39,980 nt of DNA. Origin: Gemmatimonadales bacterium (GTDB lineage Bacteria > Gemmatimonadota > Gemmatimonadetes > Gemmatimonadales > GWC2-71-9). Below the pieces are notes generated by a model, which had not been told where the DNA came from, did not search any database, and saw only the letters and a list, made by a program, of their open reading frames with translations. Positions within the stretch are counted from its first letter, which is position 1. Every line of letters starts with the position of its first letter. Positions 1 through 9,013 of this stretch are shown piece after piece. Location: NCBI GenBank assembly GCA_039794085.1, contig JBDIWC010000038.1, positions 1-39,980 of the forward strand. The letters run 5' to 3'. The translations under genes were made by a program, and so were the position numbers.

Positions 1-95
1 CGAAGGCCAGGTGTCGGGCCGCATCTGGTCTTGGGAGTAGGAACCCCGCAGACCGCGAGCATACCCGGGCAGTATCTGTGGCTCCGAGTGTGTAA

Positions 96-127
96 GCCTC
101 TTTGGTTCCGGCTCTGCCGGCTTAGGG
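96..127 (+). repeat. 32-bp hairpin-containing repeat (GCCTCTTTGGTTCCGGCTCTGCCGGCWTAGGG), copy 1
   Basis: 31/32 identical to 21622-21653; contains CCGGC-TCT-GCCGG stem-loop. Confidence 0.85.
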
Positions 128-171
128 TTTGCGGTAGTCCGCGGTCCGGAAATGCCCTTGTGAAACCAAGG

Positions 172-181
172 TATGGCCATA
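172..181. promoter_or_regulatory. Putative RHH antitoxin operator (palindrome TATGGCCATA)
   Basis: Perfect 10-bp palindrome just upstream of the antitoxin start; autoregulation is typical for vapBC (inference). Confidence 0.4.
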
Positions 182-193
182 ACTTCTATATAT

Positions 194-457
194 ATGGCCA
201 GAACTACTATTAAAGCCACTTACTCCCTCCCTCCCGAGATCGTGGACCGCCTCGAACGTTTGGCCCGACGATGGGGGATTTCGCGGTCCGCCGCTGTGGG
301 GCGCGCGATTACGGCCGCCGAGTCGGCACTCGAGCCGGGGACGGCAACTAGTGCGTTTGACAAGCTGCAGCGTGGCACACCTCTCTCCGCCGAGGACGCG
401 GAGCACTGGGTCCATTCCGTTCAAACCGAGCGGAGGGCCTCTCGGCGCCGGGTGTGA
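194..457 (+). CDS. vapB: CopG/ribbon-helix-helix antitoxin (VapB-like)
   Basis: KATYSLPPEIVDRLERLARRWGISRSAAVGRAI is an RHH signature; GTGA overlap with downstream PIN gene; ATG at 194 preferred over 173. Confidence 0.8.
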   Translation: MARTTIKATYSLPPEIVDRLERLARRWGISRSAAVGRAITAAESALEPGTATSAFDKLQRGTPLSAEDAEHWVHSVQTERRASRRRV

Positions 458-837
458 TTCACCTCGACACAAGCTTCCTGATCCGAGGCCTGGTCAAGGG
501 ATCCGCCGAGGATCGCCGGATTCGCCGCTGGCTCAAGGATGGGGAGCTCCTTGGCCTCAGCGCGATCGTCTGGGCGGAGTTTCTCTGCGGGCCCCTCGGC
601 GATGGGTCGATCGATGCCGCGCGGGAGGTGTTTGGAGCACCCGTGGTCTTCTCAGGAACGGAAGCCGAACTGGCGGCGGAACTCTTCAACCTTTCCGGAC
701 GTCGGCGCGGCACACTGCCCGATTGCATGATCGCCGCAGTGGCCCTGAGTCACGACTCCGCACTCGCCACCTCGAACGGGGACGACTTCCGGCGCTTCGT
801 ACCCCACGGTCTCCGCCTCATCACTCCAAGCGGCTGA
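454..837 (+). CDS. vapC: PIN-domain toxin (VapC family)
   Basis: IHLDTSFLI N-terminus, AEFLCG, DCMIAAVAL, LATSNGDDF PIN motifs; 127 aa. Confidence 0.9.
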   Translation: MIHLDTSFLIRGLVKGSAEDRRIRRWLKDGELLGLSAIVWAEFLCGPLGDGSIDAAREVFGAPVVFSGTEAELAAELFNLSGRRRGTLPDCMIAAVALSHDSALATSNGDDFRRFVPHGLRLITPSG

Positions 838-845
838 ACCGACCA

Positions 846-960
846 GTTTTCAGCGTTCAATTTTCAGTGTTCAGACCCTTCCACTCCGTACGCGTCGGAT
901 TGGGATCGCTTCATGGGCTCCGAGCACCGCTGCGTCCCTGCGCCCTTGCGACTTTGCGTT
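846..960 (+). repeat. Short tandem repeats: heptamers (GTTTTCA/GTGTTCA x4, 846-874) and octamers (CTGCGCCC/TTGCGACT-type x4, 930-960)
   Basis: Visible periodic degenerate repeats downstream of vapC. Confidence 0.6.
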
Positions 961-993
961 GGTCTGTCTCCGCGGCAGGCTCCTCGCTTCGCG

Positions 994-1131
994 AGGCCGT
1001 GTCACAACTCGCAGCGAGCACGACCTCGCAAGATTCCACAGCGCACATTTCGCGCAGGAGCCACGACTGCGACTCGGGGAGGCATCGGACGACCCCATTC
1101 ATGTTCACCTGGGCGAGTTTTCACACAGTCT
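994..1131. mobile_element. 138-bp MITE with IS1182-like terminal inverted repeats
   Basis: Left end AGGCCGTGTCACAACTC vs reverse complement of right end AGACTGTGTGAAAACTC (13/17); CGCG direct repeat at 990-993 and 1132-1135; no ORF of note. Confidence 0.7.
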
Positions 1132-1281
1132 CGCGCTCGGGATGACAATCGAGTAACGATCTCGTAGCTTCCTCTCATACCCTCTTGGAACTCTGACCCG
1201 GTGTCCCATCTTCCGAGGCAGTCTGGATCAAGTCACCGAGGCCTGAGAACCCACCACATTCTCCTGCGGCAAGGCTGTCCC

Positions 1282-3819
1282 ATGCACCGTTCCCTCCTGC
1301 TCGTTCTTCTGGGGTTCACTCCGTCCCTGCACGGGCAGCAACTCCGCCCGGTCGCGCCGCATGCGTGGGCCTGGCTCGCCACCGACGAGCGCTCCTCCAA
1401 CAGCGCCCTCTTCGTGGGTGACTCGATCGCGCTGGTGGTGGATCCCGGGCTGACCCCGGCCGCGGCCCGGGAGTTCCTCGCGGCGGTGCGTTCCGTGACC
1501 GACCACCCGGTCCGGTACTCGGTACTCACCCATTGGCACCCCGACCACTCTCTCGGCGCCACCTGTCTCCCACCTCCTGATCGCCCCTTCCGGATCGTGG
1601 CCCATGGGAAGACCCGCCGGATGCTCGCCGAACGTGCCGCCCGATCGGCACGGGACCTCGCCGCCGCCGCGAGTACCCCGGCCGAGCGCGCGGAGTGGGA
1701 GAAGTGCCGAGTGACCCTGGCCGACAGCGTCGTCTCCAGCAGGGCCTCCTTTGACCTGGGCGGCATCACGGTGGACGTGGTTCATCCCGGCTGGTCCCAC
1801 ACGGCGGGGGATCTGATCGTCTGGTCCCGCGAGGAGAAGGTGCTCGCCACCGGTGACATCTTCAACCACAACGCGAGTCCCTACCTCGACGAGGGTCATC
1901 CCGGCACCTGGATCGCGGTACTCGATTCCCTCGTGGCCCTCGAGCCGCGGGCCGTGGTGGCCGGTCACTTCGGGCCGAGCACCGGTGCCGACCTGGCCCG
2001 GTTCCGGGACTACCTACGAGCGCTCGACACCCGCGCCGCAGCATTGCTGAGTGAGGGGGTGCCGCCGGACAGCGCGCCACACCGGATCCGCGCACCCGAG
2101 TTCGCCGACTTCGGCCAGTTCCCGCAATACAACGCGACCATCGCGGGTAACACCGCCCGCATCGTTCAACAGCGTCTGGCCCGGCCCGCCCCTCGCGGAG
2201 TCACCGCGGGTTTCCGGACCGTGGCCTCGATCGAGATCGGCCAGAATCCCCATCAGATCGCCTTCTCCGAGGACGGCCGCCTGGCCTGGGTCGCGGTGGC
2301 GGGAAGCAACCGGGTGGCGGTGGTGGATGCCGTGACCCATCGCCTGGTCGACACCCTTCCGGTGGCGGGAACCCCGCTCGGTGTGGCGCCACTCCCTGAC
2401 GGCACCTTGGCCGTGACCCGATTCCAGGGCCAGGCCATCGTGCGAATGACCCGCCAGGGACGAATCCTGGACACCTTGCCGCTCGGCGGGATCGGCGCCT
2501 CCCTCTTCCATGGTCCGCTGGGTGACGGGGGACACCTGGTCTCGGTGGAACGCACCAACCGTCTCGAGCACCTCACCGCCAGCGGCTCGCTCGGCGTTGC
2601 CTATCCGACCGGAGCCCGCCCCTTCCCCTCCGCCACCACCTCGGACGGACGCCTCGCCTTCGTCCCCAACTACGACGACGGGACCGTCACGGTGGTGGAC
2701 CGATGGAATGGGCGGATCCACGCCACCGTACCGGTCGGCGCGCGACCCAGCGGTGGCGTGGTCCTGCCAGGAGACGTCGAGTATGCGGTGGCTGTGCGCG
2801 GAGAGAACAAGGTCGTGTTCATCAACGCCGCCTCTCACCGGGTGGTGGACAGTCTGGTCGACGGCATCGGGGACTCACCCTTTTCCGTCGTGCTGGCGGC
2901 CAACGGCCGGCTCGGTTTCGTCAACAACACCGCGAGCCACGACATCACGGTGTTCACCCTCCCCGAGCGCCGGGTGATCGCGCGGATTCCGGTTCCCGAC
3001 ATCCCGATCGTGATGGCGGTCCATCCGTCGGGTCGCGAGCTCTGGGTGTCGTCGGAGGGAATTCATCGGCTCACGATGATCGCGATCCCGGAGGAGTGGA
3101 CCACCGCACCCACCGCACCGCCGGACACGGGCACCACCGAGGTGGCGGTGATGGGCATGATCCACGACACTCATCGGACCAGCGCCCGGTGGGGGATCCC
3201 GCAGGTGGCGCAGACCATCCGTCGTTTCCGGCCCGATGTCGTGTGCGCTGAGATCGCGCCGGACCGCTGGGAGCGGATCTGGTCGGACTACACCGAGCGC
3301 GGTGTGATCGAAGAGCCCCGGGTGCAGCGCTTTCCCGAGTACGTGGATGAGGGCGCGATTCTCGCTCTGGCCGTGGAGATGGGGTTCGTGATCGAGCCCT
3401 GCGCGGCGTGGAACCTGGAGATGTCCGACCTCCGGAACACGCGCATCCGTCAGTTCAACACCGAGCCCGAGTACGCCGCCCCCCGCCAGGCCTATGCCGA
3501 TCGCCTCGCGGCGGTCCGGGCGCGCCACACCGAGTCGCTGGACACGGACGATCCCCGCGTCATTCACTCACCGGCGTATGACGAACGGCAGCGCGAGGAA
3601 CTCAGTCTCTACGATGAGTACCAGAACGATCTCATCGGTCCCGGGGGATGGAGCAACATCAACCGGGCCCACCTGACGCTGGTGGACGAGGTGATCCGGC
3701 GTCATCGCGGCCGTCGGGTGCTGGTGACGTTCGGGGCGGGCCACAAGTACCCGTTCCTCGATCATCTGAAACAGGATCCCTCGGTCCGGCTGGTGAGCCT
3801 GGAGCCGTATTTGCCGTAG
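1282..3819 (+). CDS. Secreted fusion protein: MBL-fold metallo-hydrolase + YVTN-type beta-propeller + C-terminal TraB/DUF5694-like domain
   Basis: Signal peptide MHRSLLLVLLG; THWHPDH, HTAGD, TGD and VVAGH MBL motifs; repeats such as GQNPHQIAFSEDGRLAWVA and GDSPFSVVLAANGRLGFV; C-terminal GMIH..PDVVCAE..FGAGH. Confidence 0.8.
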   Translation: MHRSLLLVLLGFTPSLHGQQLRPVAPHAWAWLATDERSSNSALFVGDSIALVVDPGLTPAAAREFLAAVRSVTDHPVRYSVLTHWHPDHSLGATCLPPPDRPFRIVAHGKTRRMLAERAARSARDLAAAASTPAERAEWEKCRVTLADSVVSSRASFDLGGITVDVVHPGWSHTAGDLIVWSREEKVLATGDIFNHNASPYLDEGHPGTWIAVLDSLVALEPRAVVAGHFGPSTGADLARFRDYLRALDTRAAALLSEGVPPDSAPHRIRAPEFADFGQFPQYNATIAGNTARIVQQRLARPAPRGVTAGFRTVASIEIGQNPHQIAFSEDGRLAWVAVAGSNRVAVVDAVTHRLVDTLPVAGTPLGVAPLPDGTLAVTRFQGQAIVRMTRQGRILDTLPLGGIGASLFHGPLGDGGHLVSVERTNRLEHLTASGSLGVAYPTGARPFPSATTSDGRLAFVPNYDDGTVTVVDRWNGRIHATVPVGARPSGGVVLPGDVEYAVAVRGENKVVFINAASHRVVDSLVDGIGDSPFSVVLAANGRLGFVNNTASHDITVFTLPERRVIARIPVPDIPIVMAVHPSGRELWVSSEGIHRLTMIAIPEEWTTAPTAPPDTGTTEVAVMGMIHDTHRTSARWGIPQVAQTIRRFRPDVVCAEIAPDRWERIWSDYTERGVIEEPRVQRFPEYVDEGAILALAVEMGFVIEPCAAWNLEMSDLRNTRIRQFNTEPEYAAPRQAYADRLAAVRARHTESLDTDDPRVIHSPAYDERQREELSLYDEYQNDLIGPGGWSNINRAHLTLVDEVIRRHRGRRVLVTFGAGHKYPFLDHLKQDPSVRLVSLEPYLP

Positions 3820-3879
3820 GGAGGGGCACGGCCGCGCGGTGCCCCGCGAAGCCAGGGCACCGGACGGCCACAGGACCCC

Positions 3880-4013
3880 GCGGTCTTGCGCCCCTATGGG
3901 GCGCAGAAGAGTTGCGAGTGCTTCCTGCTCCCACGGCTGAAGCCGTGGGCCATGTTCTTCGGCCGCTCCGCGGCCGGGATTCCGGCTTCGGTGCCAGGAC
4001 CTCCTCGATGGAC
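3880..4013 (+). repeat. Composite palindromic element containing CCCACGGCTGAAGCCGTGGG (copy 1)
   Basis: Inverted homolog at 26297-26429; lies between convergent genes. Confidence 0.8.
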
Positions 4014-4059
4014 TGATTGAACCCCATCGACAGCGTGACGACGGGAGGTGCAGCTGCTG

Positions 4060-5508
4060 TCAGGGCACCGGCCTCCGCCGGGTCAGGGCCTCCACCTCCT
4101 CCAGATCGCGCGGCACCAGGCTGATCCGCTCCAGCCCCCGTTCCGTGATGACGTAGGAGTCCTCGATCCGGATTCCGGTGTTCGCATAGCGCACGACGGC
4201 CGCCCGCACCCTGGCGGCGAAGGACCGGTTGCGCCGGGTGTCCGGCAGAATGTCGAGGAGCTTTGGCGCGATGTAGAGCCCCGGTTCGATCGTGAACGCG
4301 TCTCCCACCTTGAAGATCCCATCCTCGTAGGCCTGCAGCGGGTCGTGCACCTCGAGGCCAATCCCGTGGGTGATCCCGTGAATGGCGAAGAGCATCACCT
4401 GGCGGCAGGAGGCGGGAGCCTGCTCACAATTCGCGGGCCACGGCGGATCGAAGAGCGCATCGGCTGCCTCCACCACGCCGAGCGCGGCGAGACCCCGGGC
4501 CCGGACCGCGACGGAGCTGTCCAGCGCCGCGGCGATGGACATCCCGGGCTTCGAGTTCCGCTCGGCCGCCGCCTGCGCCTCCCGCACGATCCGGTACACC
4601 TCCCGCTGCTCGGCGGTGAAGGTCCCGCTCACCGGGAGGGTGCGGGTCACGTCGGCGGCGTATCCGTTGTACTCCGCCCCCGCGTCGATGACGACCACCT
4701 CGCCGGGCTGCATTTCCCGCCGGTTCTTCATGTAGTGGAGCTGCAGGGAGAGGGGGCCCGACCCGACGATCGAGCCGTACGCCGGGCGTTCCGCGCCGCC
4801 GCGCCGGAAAGTGTACTCCAGGATCGCCTGGAGGTCGTACTCGTGCATCCCCGGTTCGATCCGCTTCATCAGCTCCTCGTGGCCGGCGTCGCTGATGGCG
4901 GCGGCCGTGCGGAGCAGGTCGAGTTCCGTCTCGCTCTTCCGGGCGCGGAGCTGATTAACGATCGGATGCGCGTCCCTCACCACCAGTCCGGCATGGCGCG
5001 AGGCGAGCGTGCGCATGAACTGTCCCCCTCGGGTCAGGGAATCGGCGGCCGCGAAATCGGCGGCGGCGAAGTCCCGGAGTGACCAGAACGGAAGCTCGCT
5101 TGCGGCGAGTGAGTCCACCACGCGGTCGAACTCCCCGACATCGCGGGAGGCGAGGCCCAGCTCGGTCATGAGGGTGGCGGAATCGGGCTCCTCCCCGTAG
5201 TAGAGGGCTCGGCGCGGCGCGGTCCGGGCCACGAACAGGGTCGACTGACCTCGACCGCCCCGCACCACCATCACCAGCGACGCATTGGCATGCTCGTATC
5301 CGGTCAGGTAGCGGAAGGCGGGAAGTTGATGGAACGGTCCGAAATCAGTGACCGGCGTTGCTCCCCCGAAGGCGACCACCACACCGTCTCCAATGCGCTC
5401 GGCGAGTGCCGCGCGACGGGAGGCGTACTCCTCGCGGGCGATTTGCGCCGAGGCCGGAGTGGCGGGCAGGAGGAGTCCACAGAGCAGAAAGGGGAGAAGG
5501 CGACGCAT
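4060..5508 (-). CDS. pepP: Xaa-Pro aminopeptidase (M24B), secreted
   Basis: Signal peptide; LRARKSETELDLLR, IDAGAEYNGYAADVTRT, HGIGLEVHD, FTIEPGLY, GIRIED motifs. Confidence 0.9.
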   Translation of the reverse strand: MRRLLPFLLCGLLLPATPASAQIAREEYASRRAALAERIGDGVVVAFGGATPVTDFGPFHQLPAFRYLTGYEHANASLVMVVRGGRGQSTLFVARTAPRRALYYGEEPDSATLMTELGLASRDVGEFDRVVDSLAASELPFWSLRDFAAADFAAADSLTRGGQFMRTLASRHAGLVVRDAHPIVNQLRARKSETELDLLRTAAAISDAGHEELMKRIEPGMHEYDLQAILEYTFRRGGAERPAYGSIVGSGPLSLQLHYMKNRREMQPGEVVVIDAGAEYNGYAADVTRTLPVSGTFTAEQREVYRIVREAQAAAERNSKPGMSIAAALDSSVAVRARGLAALGVVEAADALFDPPWPANCEQAPASCRQVMLFAIHGITHGIGLEVHDPLQAYEDGIFKVGDAFTIEPGLYIAPKLLDILPDTRRNRSFAARVRAAVVRYANTGIRIEDSYVITERGLERISLVPRDLEEVEALTRRRPVP

Positions 5509-5578
5509 GCGGGGAACTCCGGTCGAGGGTGTGAGCAATCTAAGGACACTCTGATCAACTGAGGAGACGACCAATGCC

Positions 5579-5606
5579 CGTCATTCCCGCCCGCGCGGGA
5601 ATCCAT
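5579..5606 (+). repeat. Single CGTC-type palindromic repeat
   Basis: CGTCATTCCCGC-CCGC-GCGGGAATCCAT stem-loop. Confidence 0.75.
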
Positions 5607-5674
5607 TTTCGGCTCTTCAGGCCTTCTTGTGGTTGGCCTTGGGTGAGACAAGCGCTCCGGCGGGTGGGGAAATG

Positions 5675-5776
5675 GCCACAAAAGGCACAAGAGGCACAAG
5701 AGACAAGGGACCCCGCGGGCTAGCCGACGCATCGGTCACCCTTCCTCTGTTTCGTGTCTTTTGTGCTTTTTGTGGT
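5675..5776. repeat. Inverted pair of 9-mer tandem runs (GGCACAAGA... / ...TTTTTGTG)
   Basis: 5675-5706 run is roughly complementary to 5751-5776 run. Confidence 0.6.
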
Positions 5777-5859
5777 TGGCTCTTTGGGTGAGGCGGGGCG
5801 CTCGGCCGGTCAAGAGGGTGGAAACGACCACGAATGGGATGGTGATTGATCGGAGGTCT

Positions 5860-6717
5860 CTACCTCGCCCGGAGCACCATGACAGTCACGTTGTCGGATC
5901 CACCGTCGGCCAGGGCGTCCTCCACCAGGGTTTCGCAGGTTTCGCGCGACGAGGTGAGGGAGAGGAGGCGAGTGGTGATCTGGGCGTCGGATACGTGCTT
6001 GGTCAGGCCGTCGGTGCAGAGGAGCACGATGCTTCCGGGGGCGAGAGTGCTCCGGGTCACCACCGGTTTCGTGATCTTCCCTCCGAGTGAGCTGCTCAAC
6101 ATGCTCGAGAAAGGGCTTCGGGACGCCCGGTCGGCGGGGAGCACACCGGAATCCACCAAGTCCTGCGCCATGGTCTGGTCGCGGGTGAGCTGGTTGAGAG
6201 TGCCGTTCTGGAAGTGGTAGCAGCGGCTGTCACCCACGTGCAGCACGTAGAGGTGGGGCCAGATGGCGACGATCGCCGAGAGCGTGGTGGCCATTCCCCC
6301 GGCGGTTCCGCTCTCGGTGGCCCGGGTGAGGATCGCTTCGTGCGCGAGCCGGGCGGCTTCCTCCAGGGATGCCAGGAACACCGTCTCGTCGCCGGTGTCG
6401 ACCGTGTAGAAGGACTGCATGGTGTTCGTCACATAGCTGGCGATCGCCTCCAGCGCCGCCTGGCTGGCGATGTCCCCTCCTGCCCGGCCGCCCACACCAT
6501 CGGCCACCATGCCGAAGGAGGCGAGCCGCTGGCTGGGCAGTTCGAGCAGTCCACGGTTGGGGAGGTTGGTGCCACCGACCTTCATCGCTTTGTGCAGGGT
6601 GCAATAGAGGAAGTGATCCTCATTGCGGGACCGGACCTTTCCGGGATGACTCATCCCAAAGAAATCGAGGTCCTCGTCTTTCGGTTTCGGCGGGTAGATG
6701 GGGTGCTGGCCGGTCAT
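5860..6717 (-). CDS. PP2C/PPM-family Ser/Thr protein phosphatase
   Basis: RSRNED, VADGVGG, HVGDSRCY, LTRDQT, LLCTDGL, GGSDNVT motifs. Confidence 0.92.
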   Translation of the reverse strand: MTGQHPIYPPKPKDEDLDFFGMSHPGKVRSRNEDHFLYCTLHKAMKVGGTNLPNRGLLELPSQRLASFGMVADGVGGRAGGDIASQAALEAIASYVTNTMQSFYTVDTGDETVFLASLEEAARLAHEAILTRATESGTAGGMATTLSAIVAIWPHLYVLHVGDSRCYHFQNGTLNQLTRDQTMAQDLVDSGVLPADRASRSPFSSMLSSSLGGKITKPVVTRSTLAPGSIVLLCTDGLTKHVSDAQITTRLLSLTSSRETCETLVEDALADGGSDNVTVMVLRAR

Positions 6718-6749
6718 GGATCAATGCTACCGCCAAAGCAGGGAGTAGG

Positions 6750-6893
6750 GAAGTTTGAAGTTCGAAGTTTGAAGTAGGGGCGAATGGCATTCGCCCGGAA
6801 TTCGGGATCCGAGCCCCTTACGGAGCGTCACCCCGGCGGCAGCCGGGGTCCATCTCCACCCGGGTATGGATTCCGGCGTGCGCCGGAATGACG
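6750..6893 (+). repeat. Mosaic repeat unit: GAAGTTY heptamers + GTAG-type REP (6774-6796) + CGTC palindrome doublet (6826-6893)
   Basis: GTAGGGGCGAATGGCATTCGCCC; CGTCACCCCGGCGGCAGCCGGGGTCC...ATGGATTCCGGCGTGCGCCGGAATGACG. Confidence 0.85.
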
Positions 6894-7050
6894 GCCCGTG
6901 GACAGCCGAAGGGTCGCCTTGTGGCCCGGCCGGATGCGGCCCATCTTTCGGCATCATGCCCGATCCCGGCGACTGTCACGCAGCCCTCTCGTCTTCACGC
7001 CGGCCTTCGGGCATTTCACGTCACCGGATTCGCAGTTCCGGACCGCCGAC

Positions 7051-8469
7051 GTGAGCGCGTCTCCCGCCGTCGCCCGTCGCGGGTTCGATCGCTCGATCAT
7101 CGAGGGTCCTCTCCCCGCGGCCGTCTGGAAGCTGGCCTGGCCCACGATGCTGCAGAATGTTATTGGGGGGCTGCAGGGGATCGTGGACCACATCATGGTC
7201 GGGCATTTCGTGGGATTCACCGGGAACGCCGCCATTGGTGTGTCGTGGCAGATCTTCCTCGTGGTGATGGTCTTCGTCAGTTCCCTGTTCACCGGGATGA
7301 GCGTGCTGGTGGCGCGGTTTGCCGGCGCCGGCGACCGGGACCGTGCCGACCGGGCGGTGTACCAGGCCTTCCTCACCTCGGGGGGGATCTCGGTCGGCAT
7401 CCTCGCCCCCCTCGGATACTTCCTGGCTCCGACCCTCCTCGGCTTCATCAATGCCGCACCCGAAGTCCAGGCAGAGGCGCTGGGTTATTTGCGGACCATG
7501 TTCGTGTTCAGCTTTGGCATGATGACGTTCTTCCTCATGGGAGGGGCGCTCCGCTCGGCGGGAGATGCTCGGACACCACTCCGCTGGGGCATCACCCTCA
7601 CCATCCTGAACATCACCTTCAACGCCATCCTGATCAGCGGCCTCGGTCCGATCCCCGCCTTCGGCACCACGGGCGCCGCGATGGGCACCGTGATCGCCGG
7701 GGGGGTGTTGAGCATCCTGGCCCTGCACCACCTGCTCACCGGTCGCTGGGTGGTCGGGTTTCCGCGCGGGATCGGCTGGGCTCCGGACTGGAGCATCATC
7801 CGGGCGCTCTTCCGCTTCGGGCTTCCCACCGGCCTGCAGGGGATCGCGATGAACGTGGGCGGCGTCCTCCTGATCCGCTTCATCGGCGCCCTGCCGCACA
7901 GCGCCGAGGCACAGGCGGCCTGGGCCATCGGATACACGGAGCTGTTTTCGCTGATCACCTGGACCTCGATCGGGCTGATGGGCGCCACCGCCGCGGTGGC
8001 CGGCCAGAACATCGGGGCGGGACATCCCGACCGGGCGGCCCAGGCGGTGCACGTGGCCAGCCGGATCGGCGTGAGCGGTGCCATCGTTGTGGGTCTTCTC
8101 TTTCTCACCGTGCCCCGTCTGCTGCTTTCGGCGTTTGGCATGACCGATCCCCTCGTCGTGGACCTGGCCGTGGAGTTGCTCGGCTTTCTGAGCGTCTCCG
8201 GCCTCTTCATCACCGTGGCGCTCGCCTACACCGGAGGTCTTCAAGGGACGGGTGACACCCGAGGGCCCTTCACGATCTCCGTCATTTCCCAACTGGTGAT
8301 TCCCCTCGGGATCTGTGGCGTTCTCCAGGCCGCCGGCGCCCTCACCCCGACCCGGATCTGGACCGCGGTCCTGCTCGGTCACATGGCGCGGAGCGGGCTC
8401 AGCATCCTCCGGTTCCGGCAGGGGATCTGGCGGACGATCCGGGTGGATATCGAGGCGGTCCGGACCTGA
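7051..8469 (+). CDS. MATE family efflux transporter
   Basis: IIEGPLPAAVWKLAWP, VDHIMVG, ALRSAGDARTPL, GQNIGAG, LQGTGDT; many TM helices; GTG start at 7051 is approximate. Confidence 0.9.
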   Translation: MSASPAVARRGFDRSIIEGPLPAAVWKLAWPTMLQNVIGGLQGIVDHIMVGHFVGFTGNAAIGVSWQIFLVVMVFVSSLFTGMSVLVARFAGAGDRDRADRAVYQAFLTSGGISVGILAPLGYFLAPTLLGFINAAPEVQAEALGYLRTMFVFSFGMMTFFLMGGALRSAGDARTPLRWGITLTILNITFNAILISGLGPIPAFGTTGAAMGTVIAGGVLSILALHHLLTGRWVVGFPRGIGWAPDWSIIRALFRFGLPTGLQGIAMNVGGVLLIRFIGALPHSAEAQAAWAIGYTELFSLITWTSIGLMGATAAVAGQNIGAGHPDRAAQAVHVASRIGVSGAIVVGLLFLTVPRLLLSAFGMTDPLVVDLAVELLGFLSVSGLFITVALAYTGGLQGTGDTRGPFTISVISQLVIPLGICGVLQAAGALTPTRIWTAVLLGHMARSGLSILRFRQGIWRTIRVDIEAVRT

Positions 8470-8480
8470 CCTTCACGGAG

Positions 8481-8548
8481 CGTCACCCCGGCGAAAGCCG
8501 GGGTCCATTCCCACCCGGGCATGGATTCCGGCGTGCGCCGGAATGACG
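8481..8548 (+). repeat. CGTC palindrome doublet (empty form)
   Basis: Left hairpin CCCCGGC-GAAA-GCCGGGG, short spacer, right hairpin ATTCCGGC-GTGC-GCCGGAAT, ends CGTC/GACG. Confidence 0.9.
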
Positions 8549-8585
8549 GCGCTTCGGTATCCGAAACCCCGTACCCTAACGGCGA

Positions 8586-8971
8586 GTCACCCCGGCGGAA
8601 GCCGGGGTCCGTTCCCATCGCGTCTGCTTCTACAACAACCCTTCATACAGATCTCGCCACTCCGGGTTCTCCTTCTCAATCAACTCCACCTTCCACCGTC
8701 GCTTCCATTCCTTGATCGCCTTCTCTCTGGCGATGGCCGCGCCCATCGTTTCGTGCAGCTCATACCATACCAGCGTGTGGACGCCATACTTTCGGGTGAA
8801 TCCGGGAACGAGATCCTGCTTGTGTTCCCAGACGCGCTTGATGATGTTCGAGGTCACACCAACATACAAAGTGCCGTGGCGGCGAGCGGCGAGCATGTAC
8901 ACACAGGGACGTTTCATCCGCTGGTCTCCTTCCCACCTCAGGCATGGATTCCGGCGTGCGCCGGAATGACG
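8586..8971. mobile_element. CGTC doublet with GIY-YIG gene between its two halves (putative autonomous element)
   Basis: Left half 8586-8610 and right half 8944-8971 match the halves of the empty doublets and enclose only the nuclease gene. Confidence 0.65.
8630..8917 (-). CDS. Stand-alone GIY-YIG nuclease (95 aa)
   Basis: CVYMLA..LYVGVT..RVWEHK..AIAREKAIKEWKRRWK..NPEWRDL; GGAG RBS upstream of ATG 8917. Confidence 0.92.
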   Translation of the reverse strand: MKRPCVYMLAARRHGTLYVGVTSNIIKRVWEHKQDLVPGFTRKYGVHTLVWYELHETMGAAIAREKAIKEWKRRWKVELIEKENPEWRDLYEGLL

Positions 8972-9013
8972 GCCCGTGAGCACCCGAAGTTCCGCTTCCA
9001 CCCCGGAAGACTG

